A stretch of 64,000 nucleotides of DNA from NCBI GenBank assembly GCA_051294375.1, contig CM119263.1, positions 1,162,550 through 1,226,549 of the forward strand, given 5' to 3'. Of the stretch, positions 51,966 through 64,000 are shown in pieces. The translations under genes and the position numbers were made by a program. The notes beneath the pieces are model-generated. The model had not been told where the DNA came from, did no database searches, and saw nothing but the letters and a program-made list of their open reading frames with translations. Position 1 is the stretch's first letter, and each line of letters starts with the position of its first letter. The stretch is from Paraspadella gotoi (lineage: Eukaryota > Animalia > Chaetognatha).

Positions 51966-52186
51966 AGAGCGGGCGTATCTTCGAGAACCTGATGCGTCGA
52001 TCCAAGTTGACGCCGATCAAAGACGAGGACGAGACGACCGAGGACGGCGCCGCTTCAGACGACGCAGCGCAGGGTGAGGGCGGCGCCGCAGCCTCGCTCG
52101 TCGGCGCCCGCTCCTTCGACGCTTCCTGCCGCCAAGAGGGGGAAGAGGAAGAGGATCCGAGTCTAAGGAAGCGGAAGGAAAATTAG
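51966..52186 (+). CDS. Candidate alternative terminal exon of the anoctamin gene
   Basis: C-rich tract plus CAG at 51963-51965. The phase-1 junction from the donor at 50350 gives E-SGRIFENLMRRSKLTPIKDEDE..RKRKEN*. GC-rich, coding-like composition. Confidence 0.6.
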
Positions 52187-55100
52187 GCAAAGGATCGACC
52201 CATGAGCGTCGCTTGAAACGGACGGACGGACGGACGGACATTGACATAGTGAACCTTCAGCCAAATGCCTAGGTCTTTGCAATCGATTATGAAATGAAAG
52301 TCAGCTTAGTAAGTAATACAATATAAATATAAAATGAGTTTTCGACATCGTATTGGAAAAAGCTCATTTTGACGATTTGTAAGTGATCGTTCTGTTGGGT
52401 GGCTGTTTTTGCCTAAAATTCCTTTATTGTAAGGACAAATTTTAATAATTTTACATGTTTGCAATCAGTTTCAGCACAAAAAAAAAGACATTAGTTTACT
52501 CCTTGCTTGCCCCCTGCCTCGTCGTTTCCTACAATTACTCTTTAATTTATACGTTTTTATTCGCTTTCAATGTATATTTTTGATATTGCGAAACATCGAC
52601 AAATTAAGCTTTTTTAACTCAACACTCATTCAAGGTGGCCATAATAATATAGATGCTTTAAATAATTGAAATAAAAAAGATTTAAAATCCAACCATTGTG
52701 CAGGTCGATGAGTTATAATTAATGACCAATGATTAGCTCTCTCTCAATCTCATATATGTTTATTGTTATTCGTTTTAGAAGATGCAATCAACCTTACGTG
52801 ACTTGACTCCCATCACTTGACAGTTGACAGTGAATTTCCAGTCATAGTTATTTAAATTTTGCGCCCATTTTTAGCAGCTTTCCGTTGTATTATTTGACTA
52901 CAAACAATTTTATATTGTTCGTGCTGCATTACTCGACCCTTTTTTCGAATAGTTCCCTTTTGTATTTATTATCTTCATGATTGTTAGCTATTGTGTCTTT
53001 TCCAAACGAATAGAAAAAATAAAAGTGAAATAAAAAAATAGTCTGCGCGAAAGAATTTATTTGTTTTGACCTTTGTCCAATTTTCTTTTTAATATTACTA
53101 CTAAAGAATACAATATTGCTGATTCAGCTGATTTCAAAAAATCCTTACTTCATTTAGGCTGCAAGTGACTCAGATTTGTTATGAACTAACATCGAAAGCA
53201 AAACTTTGTTTCCCTTATCTCCTACCCACGACCCACTCCCTAAAAGAAAAGGCTGTGATTCACTTCCACAAGGCACGAAATAACCTCAGCTTAAGACCCG
53301 AAAAATAACTTCACGCATGACCTTTTTAGGCTCTCGAGTCTTGAGGTTGGCAACGATAGAAAAACTTTTCCAGTGTTTATTGTCGTAAAAAAAACACATT
53401 TTATTTCCGTATGTCTATAATATACATATTCTTGATAAATAATAAATAAGCCTTGTGATATCGTTATCCCATGGCGTTTTCATTATTTACAAAATGTAAT
53501 CCGACGAAGGACATAAATTTCCATATATGGTCTCGTCGCTAAGAAAGGAAATTTAAATGCCAGCCGCCGCTTGTTCCATCTGTTGGGCGAATTGCATTTG
53601 GCAATTGAGAAATCACTCTGAATTCGTTCTTTCAAAGATTTTTCGCTGCTGAAGGCAGCCACCCCAAATTTTCGTCTTGTTCAGGAAAAACCCAATCGGC
53701 TTAGTAAGTTCATTATTTATTTCTGCTAAGAAAACTAATTGTGATGATATGTACAAAGTTCCCCAAATCTATAGGGTTCTTCATAGTATCAGTCAGCAAA
53801 AATTGTAATGCCAATCTAATTGGTTACGAAAGAAATTCGTTCCTTCCATTTTCTTTTATATTCGTAATAATTCTGCAATGAACTTCCTTTTCTGCTGTCA
53901 GTGGCTCAGATTTATTATCCTCTGAAAAAACCCAAATTGCAAATGGCAATCGGAATAAAGCAAGCAATAAAAGATGAATGACTAATCTAGGAGATCAACG
54001 TCTTTGAGGTCAGTTTGTTCGCTGCCCTTGTCACTTGTCACTGATTCTGGTTTCATCAATCTTCGATGGCAACTAAGTCATATCAGCTTCCATTCCAGAT
54101 ATATGTAAATAAATAAATAAATTCTTATTTAAAGATCTTTTTTTTTTCTGTCACCAACTTTACAACGAATTAAGTTTTTACTAGACGTTTCACCTCCTAT
54201 TCTTTTTCCCGCCTGTGTAAGATTTCGGGCACAAGTCTTCGTATCACGCCGTCCGCTCGTATATTGTTCGCCCGCGACGTTTCCAACGGTCGACGTCACC
54301 AGTTGACCGAACGAGTCGGGGCGTGAACCTTTTTTGTGATTACGTGATCCCGTTTAGTCAAGCGAAAGTGGAAGCCGACCGCGGAGCACGTGATGCTAGT
54401 TTATATAGAAATGAAATGAATGAGGCGACTTACCATTGGCCCTACCCAGTTTGAGTCGCTGGATCAAAGATTAAAATAAATTATAAGATAAGGAAAACTA
54501 TTCTACCAACGTTAAAAACTTTTTGATATTCTTAACAAAATAATTAAGTTGGATTTGTTGGCGACTCCTATAATATTTCGCTCACTTTAAGTTGGTCATT
54601 TGAACGCTCAGATTTTTCTTTCATCAAACGACATAAAAGGCGCTTGAACTCAGCGACAACTGAGGGATCATGTGCCATGTTGGTCGACCATCGACCTTTC
54701 CAGAATCTTCTCCGTCTCTCTCNNNNNNNNNNNNNNNNNNNNNNNNNNNNNNNNNNNNNNNNNNNNNNNNNNNNNNNNNNNNNNNNNNNNNNNNNNNNNN
54801 NNNNNNNNNNNNNNNNNNNNNNNNNNNNNNNNNNNNNNNNNNNNNNNNNNNNNNNNNNNNNNNNNNNNNNNNNNNNNNNNNNNNNNNNNNNNNNNNNNNN
54901 NNNNNNNNNNNNNNNNNNNNNNNNNNNNNNNNNNTCTTCCTGCGTCTTCCAAAGGATCCTTGTTTTTGTTGTTAATGAAATTAATTTATTATTTTATTAA
55001 TTTATTCTCCAAAAAAAAGAAAATAACAATTTGATTCTAAGCCTAACGAGACAATCGGAGAAACAGTTGAGGGACGACCGAGGACAAGTTGGTTTCCATC

Positions 55101-58100
55101 ATCNNNNNNNNNNNNNNNNNNNNNNNNNNNNNNNNNNNNNNNNNNNNNNNNNNNNNNNNNNNNNNNNNNNNNNNNNNNNNNNNNNNNNNNNNNNNNNNNN
55201 NNNNNNNNNNNNNNNNNNNNNNNNNNNNNNNNNNNNNNNNNNNNNNNNNNNNNNNNNNNNNNNNNNNNNNNNNNNNNNNNNNNNNNNNNNNNNNNNNNNN
55301 NNNNNNNNNNNNNNNNNNNNNNNNNNNNNNNNNNNNNNNNNNNNNNNNNNNNNNNNNNNNNNNNNNNNNNNNNNNNNNNNNNNNNNNNNNNNNNNNNNNN
55401 NNNNNNNNNNNNNNNNNNNNNNNNNNNNNNNNNNNNNNNNNNNNNNNNNNNGGCGGCGGCGGCATTTTCCGTCGCTACGGCTTTCGCGGCGCGGCCTCTG
55501 GCATTCCTTGTCCCGCAAACTGCGACGCTGTGTATCCGGCCATATCACGGCCCTGTCATTTCCCGGCACCGTCGTCTCCGGCGTCGCATTTTCCTGCGCT
55601 GCCATTTCCGGCGTCGTCTTTCTCGGCGCCACTATTTCCGGCGTCCCTGGCTGCCAACAACAGATGCCGGGCATAAACTTCCTCTTTTTTTCGCTCTAAC
55701 GCCCTCTGGTTGTTGTTGTTGTTGTTTGTGTCGCTTTTAAGAAAAAAGAGAGAAGGCGGAAATGACGCAGTTAGAATAACTATTATACTATTAACTATTA
55801 TTATTTATTGTTTGTTATTAATTTTTGTTTCGCTTATTGTTATTTCTTTGTTTTTTCTTGTGACATTGAATTGCATGAAGTTAGAATAGAATACCTGAAT
55901 ACCATTAAACAATTTTAATAAGGGGCAGCGAAATATTCTTAAAAATGTTTTTTTTCAATAATTTAAAATCTTGAAGTTGAACTTATAATTTTTATTTTAT
56001 TTTATTTCACAAGCACCGACGTCAAAATGTCTTTTTTTGTTTTAAACCATCGTAATTATTTTTTATATAACCATTAAAATTGTTGAATGAATTTTTTTCA
56101 TGTTTTACAAGCAACTTTAACGCTAAGAATTCACAAACAATTTATATTCCATGAACTGAGAACCGAATTCCTTGGTGTTGTGATCACTGTCGTCGTCGTC
56201 CTTATTGTTGTTGTTATCCCTGTCGTCGTCGTCGTCGTCCAAAATCGAATTAAATAATTTAATAAAAGCGAAGGAACCGGAAAAACTCTTCCGCCCTCGT
56301 ACATCGTACATCGTACATCGTAACAATCTATCCTTTATTTTATTGTTAACTCTTTCTTCCTCAATTTTTCTTCTATCTTTCTCTTCCTCCCCGCCAACCC
56401 TCCTCCCTACAGCCATCCCCTTTCCCGCCTCAATTCTAAAACTTCTCTCAAAATTTCTCAGAAAATGACAACTGGCTGCGGGTCTCCGGAGTGAATCGCA
56501 ACCACTCGAGTGACTTCCCTTTAAACGCCATGTTGCGCATGCGCAGATTCGCCCGCCTGCGTTTTCAAGAGCGGTGGCCGCCAAGGGTCGAACGGTAGAT
56601 CGGGAATGGAAGCAGCTGCGGAGGATGCGGCGATGCGGCGTGCGCGGCGGTTGCGGCAGTGCAGCGGATATACTGCGATGCTGCGACAGATAAGCCAAGC
56701 TTAACGTTGGAAAAAAAAAAGCGTAGAGACGCAAACGGCGTCTGTTTGAAAGCGGAAATGGCACGCGGTCCACTTGGCCCTAAGCGTCGCAGCTTGGCAC
56801 AAATTTGGCTATATGTTTGGCTTACATCGTGTTTTAGAAAATTATAAAAAAGACCAAAATATCAGTATATCAATATCAATATCGTTATAGGTGAAGTGTG
56901 TGTGAGAGAATCTTGATTGAAAGTTTACAAAGGTCCTGATATTTTATTATCTTGTAAAATGGATGAAAGCCTCAACCCATCGATAGGCTATCGCAAGTTG
57001 GGAGACAATATAACCTTTTTATTGAATAAATTATATGAATTAAATCAAATGAATAAACAAATTTTATTATTGGTAAGTATTATTGAGATTAAAACATTCA
57101 TTTATCAAATAAACAATGACGGTATAGTATAATATTGTTTGCGCTGCCTCTGCTTTCAGACTTATTTTACAAATGGCGACGATCGAGGTTTCAAAAGTTG
57201 TTTAATTATCGAAGTTAAAAACAGGCGAGGATATAAAAGCATTTCCAAATTATTCGTAAACAATCCAAATAAGCATTAAAATTTGGTTAAAAGGTAAATA
57301 AACGGTCTTAAAACCGTTTCGACGTCGTAATCTTTGAGGCAACTGAAGAATTTACAAAATTCCAAATCAAACGTTATCTAAAATAACCCAGATTGCCTCG
57401 GCCAACCCTTTTTCCCTCTTCTTCAATTATCCGTCGTCGCGACTCCCGATTGCGAATTTGGGAAACTTGAACAAAGATATTTTCATTCCCAATCATCGGA
57501 CGTTGAGCCGTCTCCCCCTACGGCGACGCTCGCCATCGCCGATACAAATATATTATAGTAATATAGAGTAGTATAATACAATACTATAGTATATAATATA
57601 ATGATATATATTAAGGTAATAATAATAATAATAATATGATAATAATATAATAAGAGTGTAATATAGTATACTATATAATACGTAGCTTGACACTCCAGGC
57701 TAGAAAGAGACCCCGACTATTAATTCCAAAGGTCTCTTTGCTTTTCGGATTCTCGTGTCTGAGAAATTGAATGTTCGCCTGACTCAATTCCAGAAAACTC
57801 GTTCCTTTTTTGACTTCGACGATCGAGTTGAGTTGAGTTGAGTCTCCTGCAGTCTCCTGAATGTCTCCTGCAGTCCTGAACTCGAGATGAACTCACCTCG
57901 TCTAAAGAACATCGGCTTTTTAAAGACGCGACTTTTAATTAATTTAATTAAATTAATTTTAATTAATTGAATTTTTATGTTTGATGACGAAGAGAAACAT
58001 GGAAAAGACGATTTACCTCAATTGTTGTCAAAAAAAAGTCATTTTTTCTCTTTTAATATTTTCAGATTTTTTTGTATTTTTGCATTTGTAAATATTATTT

Positions 58101-58448
58101 TTACTTCGTTATTTTTAAAAAAAAAAAACATACTTCGTGGCGGATATATTTTCTAAAACTAAATGACTAATTTAATACGAAATATTTTAACTATAAAGTA
58201 TACGGACAGATACGTATTAATTATGAACAGATAAACGTGAGGAATATGGCATCTGTTTGATAATAAAAATAAAACAATAAAACAAGCTTTATTTAATTTG
58301 ACTGAAACTCGAAAACTTTTGACGAAGTCTTTCCTCTTTCTAAAACAACACTTTAGCCAAAATAACTAGTTTCACATAATAAATTATCTCGCTCATCAAA
58401 TCGCGCCACCTCACGGACTGAAAAGACGTCGTCCTCCTTCCCAGTAGA

Positions 58449-59799
58449 ATGCGCCACCTGCCGAATATGCGTAACATGCGTTGGATGTTCGCGTCTGTCT
58501 TCGCCGCTGGAGGCGTAGTCGGCGGCGGCGCCAAGGTCGGCGGCGGCCAGGGAGACGCTTTCATGGGCGTTTGGCTTCTCGAACGCAACGAAAACTTTGA
58601 CGCCATCTTGAATTTTCTACAACTTGACTACGTGTCTAAAAAAATGGCGCTGACTCTCAAACCTGCGGTTCAGTTTTCAAGGTCTTTGTCTTTGTCTTCA
58701 TTTTGTTTATTATTTTCACACAAAAAAATAATATTTTTTCATAAAAAAAACAAAACAATCTTGTTCATTTTCAATATCTTTTGTGCAAGTATGGTGGACT
58801 AAAATCCACCAACCGTTCAAGTATACAAGTATACAAGTATACAAGAATACAAGTATCATTTTCAGGCTAATTCCTACTATAATAAAACATCTACAATTAA
58901 TTATCTTCCTCGGCGAGAGAGAGAGCTTGTTTAATATGAAAAATGTTAAAACCAATATAATAATCATCAATGAGACGAAAACGAAAAAAAATATTAATTA
59001 TCGATTCCAGGACGAGCGACGGGATGTGGACAATGGCGACGATTTCCTCCATCAAGACGCAGAAGTTGAACTTCAAGGTGACCGAAGATTTAACCAAGAT
59101 TTACGAAAGATTTATCCAAGATTTATTTAAAAATTAATCTTGGTTTAACAAACAATTAAAATTGAAAGAAAATTTAACGAAGACCAAAGATAAAACAAAA
59201 TATCTACCAAAGATTTTAACTCAAATTTTAACAAAAACGATGATCGGATTAATTAATAATTATGTCAATTACCGACACTTTGTTTACCCGTTTTTATTTC
59301 AGCTCGGAGTTCCGATTAAAGAAAAAACTATGGACGATCGAATCACCTCGACGACTTTTTCGCTCAACGGAAATAAGTTGACGCAGAACGCGGTGAATTT
59401 ATTAATAGTGAAGTGTAATATTGTGAAGTATGTGGCAACTATTTAGCATGATTGATATTTAATGGTTTTATTTATTTATTGATGGATTGATTAGTTGATT
59501 TCGATTTATTTAACAGTTTATATTTTTGCTTTATAGATAGTTTTAACTAATTGATGAACGGATTAATTATACGTTTTTACATTCGATTGATTTTTCCATT
59601 CGATTTGGACCAATCATGGCTCGATCTCTCCTCCAATCAGATCGACGAGAAGGAACCAAAGAAGAGCATGAGGATCGAACGAGTCGTCGTCGCAGACAAA
59701 ATGACGACGACTGTGATTTGCGGCGAAATCGTCGCTCGTCGATTCTACACTAAATCCTCGGAGGCGAAACTTTCGCTCTTTGGCCGATTCCTCGGCTAA
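58449..59799 (+). CDS. FABP: Intracellular lipid-binding protein (FABP/CRABP family) with N- and C-terminal extensions, ~182 aa
   Basis: Exons 58449-58681, 59011-59077, 59303-59392, 59641-59799 join in frame: DAFMGVWLLERNENFDAILNFL..KKMALTLKP, TISSIKTQKLNFK|LGVPIKEKTMDDR, LNGNKLTQ, IERVVVADKMTTTVICGEIVARRFY (R..RxY carboxylate-binding triad). Confidence 0.92.
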
Positions 59800-60905
59800 A
59801 TGCGTCTTCATTTTCTTATTCTTTTTTTTTTTTGGTTCTTTTTTTTATGTTTTTTGTCGCGAAATGTTTAGGAACTTACCTTCAGACTTATTTAATGCCA
59901 AAAAAACCAAAAAAATGATTGGCGTTTTTTGTAATTTTGTTTTAATTCAAACTTCGTACAAATTATATAATCACCGATCACTCTCATTGTTTTTTTAACT
60001 CACTGTTGAAAAGTATTGAAACAGATATGAAGCATATACAAGAATTGGTTGTAAATTTAAATAAATTAATAGTACGAAACAATACAAACAATACCATTTA
60101 AAAATGTCTATCTATATTCTTTTTATTTTTTTCCATTGTCAATTTTTCCTTCGCTTTTCTCTCTTCTCCATTATTTTTGCTCTCAAGAGTTCGGACTTCT
60201 CTCGTTTTTTTCCTCTCCTGCTAAATCGACTTTCAATCGAGATGCTCTTTTGTTGCTGATCTTATGTTTGTTTTTATGCCAGGAAAATCCCGCTTGATGC
60301 CGCCACGAGTCTCTCGAGGCGAAATCTAAGAGGTTTTTTCGGAGAGGAAAGAAGAGAAGAAAAAAAATGAGGAGACGAATGAAAACAAAAAGAAGCTCAC
60401 TTCTTTTTTTTTTACGAATCTGTGAAGTTACTACAAAACTATCTTTCCACTTACCAGTGCTTTCACTTGTCACATCTAAAGCGAACAGAGGGTTCACACA
60501 CCGTCACATCTAAATAGATCAGTGGGTTCACACACCGTCACGTCCCGCTTTCTCTTAATTCCGAACTTTCCTGAATCCCAGACGAAGTCGCCTCAAGTCG
60601 CAATGCAAGATAAAATCTCAAAGAGAGTTTCACATTGGATGATGTACGTATAAGTGAAACGCCTCGGTTCCATATAGTTTTCGTTTTTGTGCTTTATTTA
60701 CTTTTTTGTTCTTTTGCTCTTTTTTTGATTCTTTTATTTTCTTTTTATGTTCAAAGCAACTTCCTTTTTTTTTAAACTCAAAAGCCAACAATACGTTCCC
60801 GCGAGATTCCCCGTTCACTGTCACCTGGTCACCTCTTTTTCACTCTCTCTCTCTTCTCTCTCTCTCTCTCTCGTCTCTCTCTCTTCTCTCTCTCTTCTCT
60901 CTTTC

Positions 60906-60952
<47 letters not shown>

Positions 60953-60958
60953 TTCTTT

Positions 60959-60995
<37 letters not shown>

Positions 60996-61967
60996 ATCCT
61001 CTCTCTCTCTTCTCTCTCTCTTCCAACCGCGCCATTTCTTTTCCATCGTCGTCGTCGTCGTCGTCGTCGTCGTGATCAAAAGCTTCTATCGATCACAGCA
61101 AAAAAAAAGAGAAAAAAAGCGAGAGAAAAATTATATTTTTTTTCTATTTTTTTCCTTTAGATTTTCGTTTTCATTGCAAACAAAATATATTTTATCAAAA
61201 CATTAATTCTTCGTTGACGCGTGACTTAAATATCATCAACGTTTAATCCTTAGCGGAGTTGAGAAACATTAATGGAGATAATATTAATTAACGGGCGGAG
61301 TGTAAAAATATTTAAAAAACCATTGTATTACTTTATCAGCTAATTATAAATTAGGAATTTATGACAGAAGATTTGACAATTAAAAACTTAGATGAAAACT
61401 ATTAAAGTTTAAGCTAAAAAAGTTTGGATCACTCTCGGAAAAGAGAGCCACTCTCGGATAACAGAGCCTGGAAATGAGCAGGGATGAATAAAAAATAATC
61501 CCCCATATTGATTACCCATTTTCCTTCCATCCAAGACCACATTAGTTCCACACTTCAATAATATGGAGTCCATATCTGCCCTACTTTCCCGCGCCCTCGA
61601 TCTCTAGGATCTCAACTCGTGCGCAAAGAGGCTGAAAATCTCGCTCCCCACCGGAATATGCAAATGAGATTAAACCCGCTCCGACAAAGTTACCGCCCCA
61701 CCGTCGTTAAATTACGATCATCCAGTAAAAAAAATATTCTGCCGACGAAAATTAATTTTTTCATATCAATCCGATAATAACGTCTTTTTTATTCTGATCT
61801 GTTGTCATAAAAATCTCACTCCCTCTGCATACGTGTTTATTGAATATATTGGGGCAGAGGAGAACTTAACAATTTTTATTCGCAATTGCAGGGTTCATGC
61901 AGAGTGGCGTTTTATGATTTAAAATATTAGATCTTTTTATTAAAAATATTTGATTTAGCTCAAAATT

Positions 61968-62042
<75 letters not shown>

Positions 62043-62648
62043 GTCTCTCTCTCTCTCTCTCTCCTCTCTCTGCTACTCTTCTCTCCAAAGCGAAGGCAAA
62101 ATGGTCTCACAGTTAAGAGAAATGATGTTTTAACGCGACCCGAATTTAGAGCCCGGCTCAGAGAAGGGGGGGGGGCGGTCGAGCGGGCGAGGCGGCGGGC
62201 GAGATGTCGAGCAGGCGGGCAGGCGGTCACAGAGACCGACCGGTCACATGAACGGGCGGCCAAGGCAAACAAAAGTGGCCAGTCACGAAAAGCGTTCGAG
62301 CGAAGGTTAAAGGAAGAGGAGAGGAAAGAGGTTAAATCGACGGGAAATCCAAGCTTAAAAAAACGGTCCTATATTCCCAGAAAGCCCAATTTCATTTATA
62401 ATTTAGACTTGTGTTATTTTAAGATAAAAATAAGGTGAGAGGTTAGAGTTAGGGATCAGATTATATGGTTAAAAATATATTTATATCACATATTAAAGTT
62501 AAAATTGAATTCCGAGATATAAGAACAGAAAAGGGGCACTATCGGAAAAGAGGACCAGAAATGGGGCACTCTCGGAAAAGAGAGCTAAAAAAAAATCATG
62601 AGCGAAAAAAAACGTTGACATCTAATANNNNNNNNNNNNNNNNNNNNN

Positions 62649-62684
<36 letters not shown>

Positions 62685-62889
62685 ACCATAACAACAACAA
62701 TAACGTTGAGAATTGAAGATAAATGAGGAGAAAATCAATTTTTCTGGAATTAAACTAAAGTCTACGATTTAAAAAAAAAGAAAGAAATAAAGAAAGTAAG
62801 AAAGAGAGAGAGAAAGAAAAAAATAAAGAAAGAAAGAAAGAAAAAAGAACAAAAGGTTTTTACTGGATGGATGACAGTAGTTAGGATCT

Positions 62890-63153
62890 AGGAGAGATGA
62901 GGAAGACGACGACGACAACGACGAAGACGAAGACGACGACGACAACGACGACGACAAGAACACCTCTTACCACGAAGATGAGGGTGAAAACGACGACCAT
63001 AACGACGACCATAAGGACGAACATAACGACGAACACAACGACGAACATAACGACGAACATAACGACGACGGGGTTAGATTATTTCCATAATCATCACTTC
63101 TTCTTCTTCTGTCTTCATAAAAATACGAAAATGCTAATTATGGTAAATTAATA

Positions 63154-63193
<40 letters not shown>

Positions 63194-63680
63194 GGATGAT
63201 AATTAAGATGATGTTGATTATGAGGATGATTAAGATAATGACGACGACGACGACGAAGCTGACGGCCGACGGATTCAAAAAAATTCGATCGATGAAAAAT
63301 CGACGTCGAGACGAAATTGATGAAGCGAAAATGAGAAATGGAAGGAAAAGGAAAGGAAAAGGAAAGGAAAGGAAAAGGAAAGGAAAGGTAAACGAAAGAA
63401 AAAGGAAAGCAAAAGGAAAAGGAAAGGAAAAGGAAAGGAAAGAAAAGGAAAGAAAAAGGAAAGGAAAAGGAAAGGAAATAAAAGGAAAAGGAAAGAAAAA
63501 TAGGAAGGAGATAGAAATTAAAAGGAAAGCAAAGTAAAGAAAAGGAAAGAAAAGGAAAAGAAAATAGGAAGGAAAATTAAAGGAAAAGGGGAAGGAAAAG
63601 AGGAAAGAACAGAGGAAGAAAAAGGAAAAGGAAAGGAAAGTAAAACGAAAGGAAAAAAAAGGAAAAGGAAAAGTGAGAAA
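62890..63680. repeat. Microsatellite block (GAC/AAC, ATG, GGAAA)
   Basis: Direct inspection; explains the poly-T, poly-M and K/R-rich ORFs. Confidence 0.9.
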
Positions 63681-63689
63681 AGTGTAGCC

Positions 63690-63910
63690 GAGCCCAAAAA
63701 GCATGACCCTCAGTCCTGACCCGGTGGCTCACGACTACGAGGTATGTACCTGGGATCGATTCCCAGTGGTCGCTCCTCTACCGACGAAAGATGGAGGACG
63801 TCGGTAAACCTCCTCTGGGGCCTGAAAAACCCTCGAGCCTGGTTCCAAGCTCAGGACCCGTTCCATTGCTGAAGATACGGAGAGTAGTCTTCAGACCACT
63901 TAGCGCCTTA
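63690..63910 (+). mobile_element. SINE-like interspersed repeat, family B
   Basis: GTACCTGGGATCGATTCCC, GCCTGGTTCCAA, TCTTCAGACCACTTAGCGCCTTA followed by an A-rich tail. Confidence 0.55.
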
Positions 63911-64000
63911 GAAAAAAAAAGAAACGAGAAAGAAAATCAAAAAAGGGAAGAAAAATATGTAAAAGAAGAAGAAGAAGAAGAAGAAGAAGAAGAAGAAGAA

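Overview
Eukaryotic (most likely invertebrate animal) genomic DNA from an imperfectly polished long-read or gap-filled assembly, with many N-gaps, homopolymer indels in exons and CT/GA/GAC microsatellites. The ORF track is mostly noise; the real genes are spliced and were reconstructed by hand from GT..AG boundaries and phase. (1) A minus-strand SGSM1/2 (RUTBC-type RUN-domain Rab effector/GAP) gene has 9 visible exons from 36600 down to 20718. (2) Its 11.85-kb fifth intron (21869-33719) holds, on the opposite strand, three tandem six-exon SDR16C-type (RDH10/SDR16C5/DHRS3-like) short-chain dehydrogenase genes, one lacking the NAD-specifying Asp. (3) A four-exon minimal type-I membrane protein has a single MIDAS-intact vWA domain (39510-41411). 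(4) A ~25-exon anoctamin/TMEM16 gene spans ~43.1-52.2 kb, with two candidate terminal exons. (5) A four-exon FABP/iLBP gene has an unusual N-terminal leader (58449-59799). The first 19 kb is non-genic and dominated by a 6-8 kb direct duplication whose second copy looks like an uncorrected raw read. Also present: a TA-flanked Tc1/mariner-type MITE, a 410-bp foldback element, two SINE-like families and a repeat family carrying telomere-like arrays.
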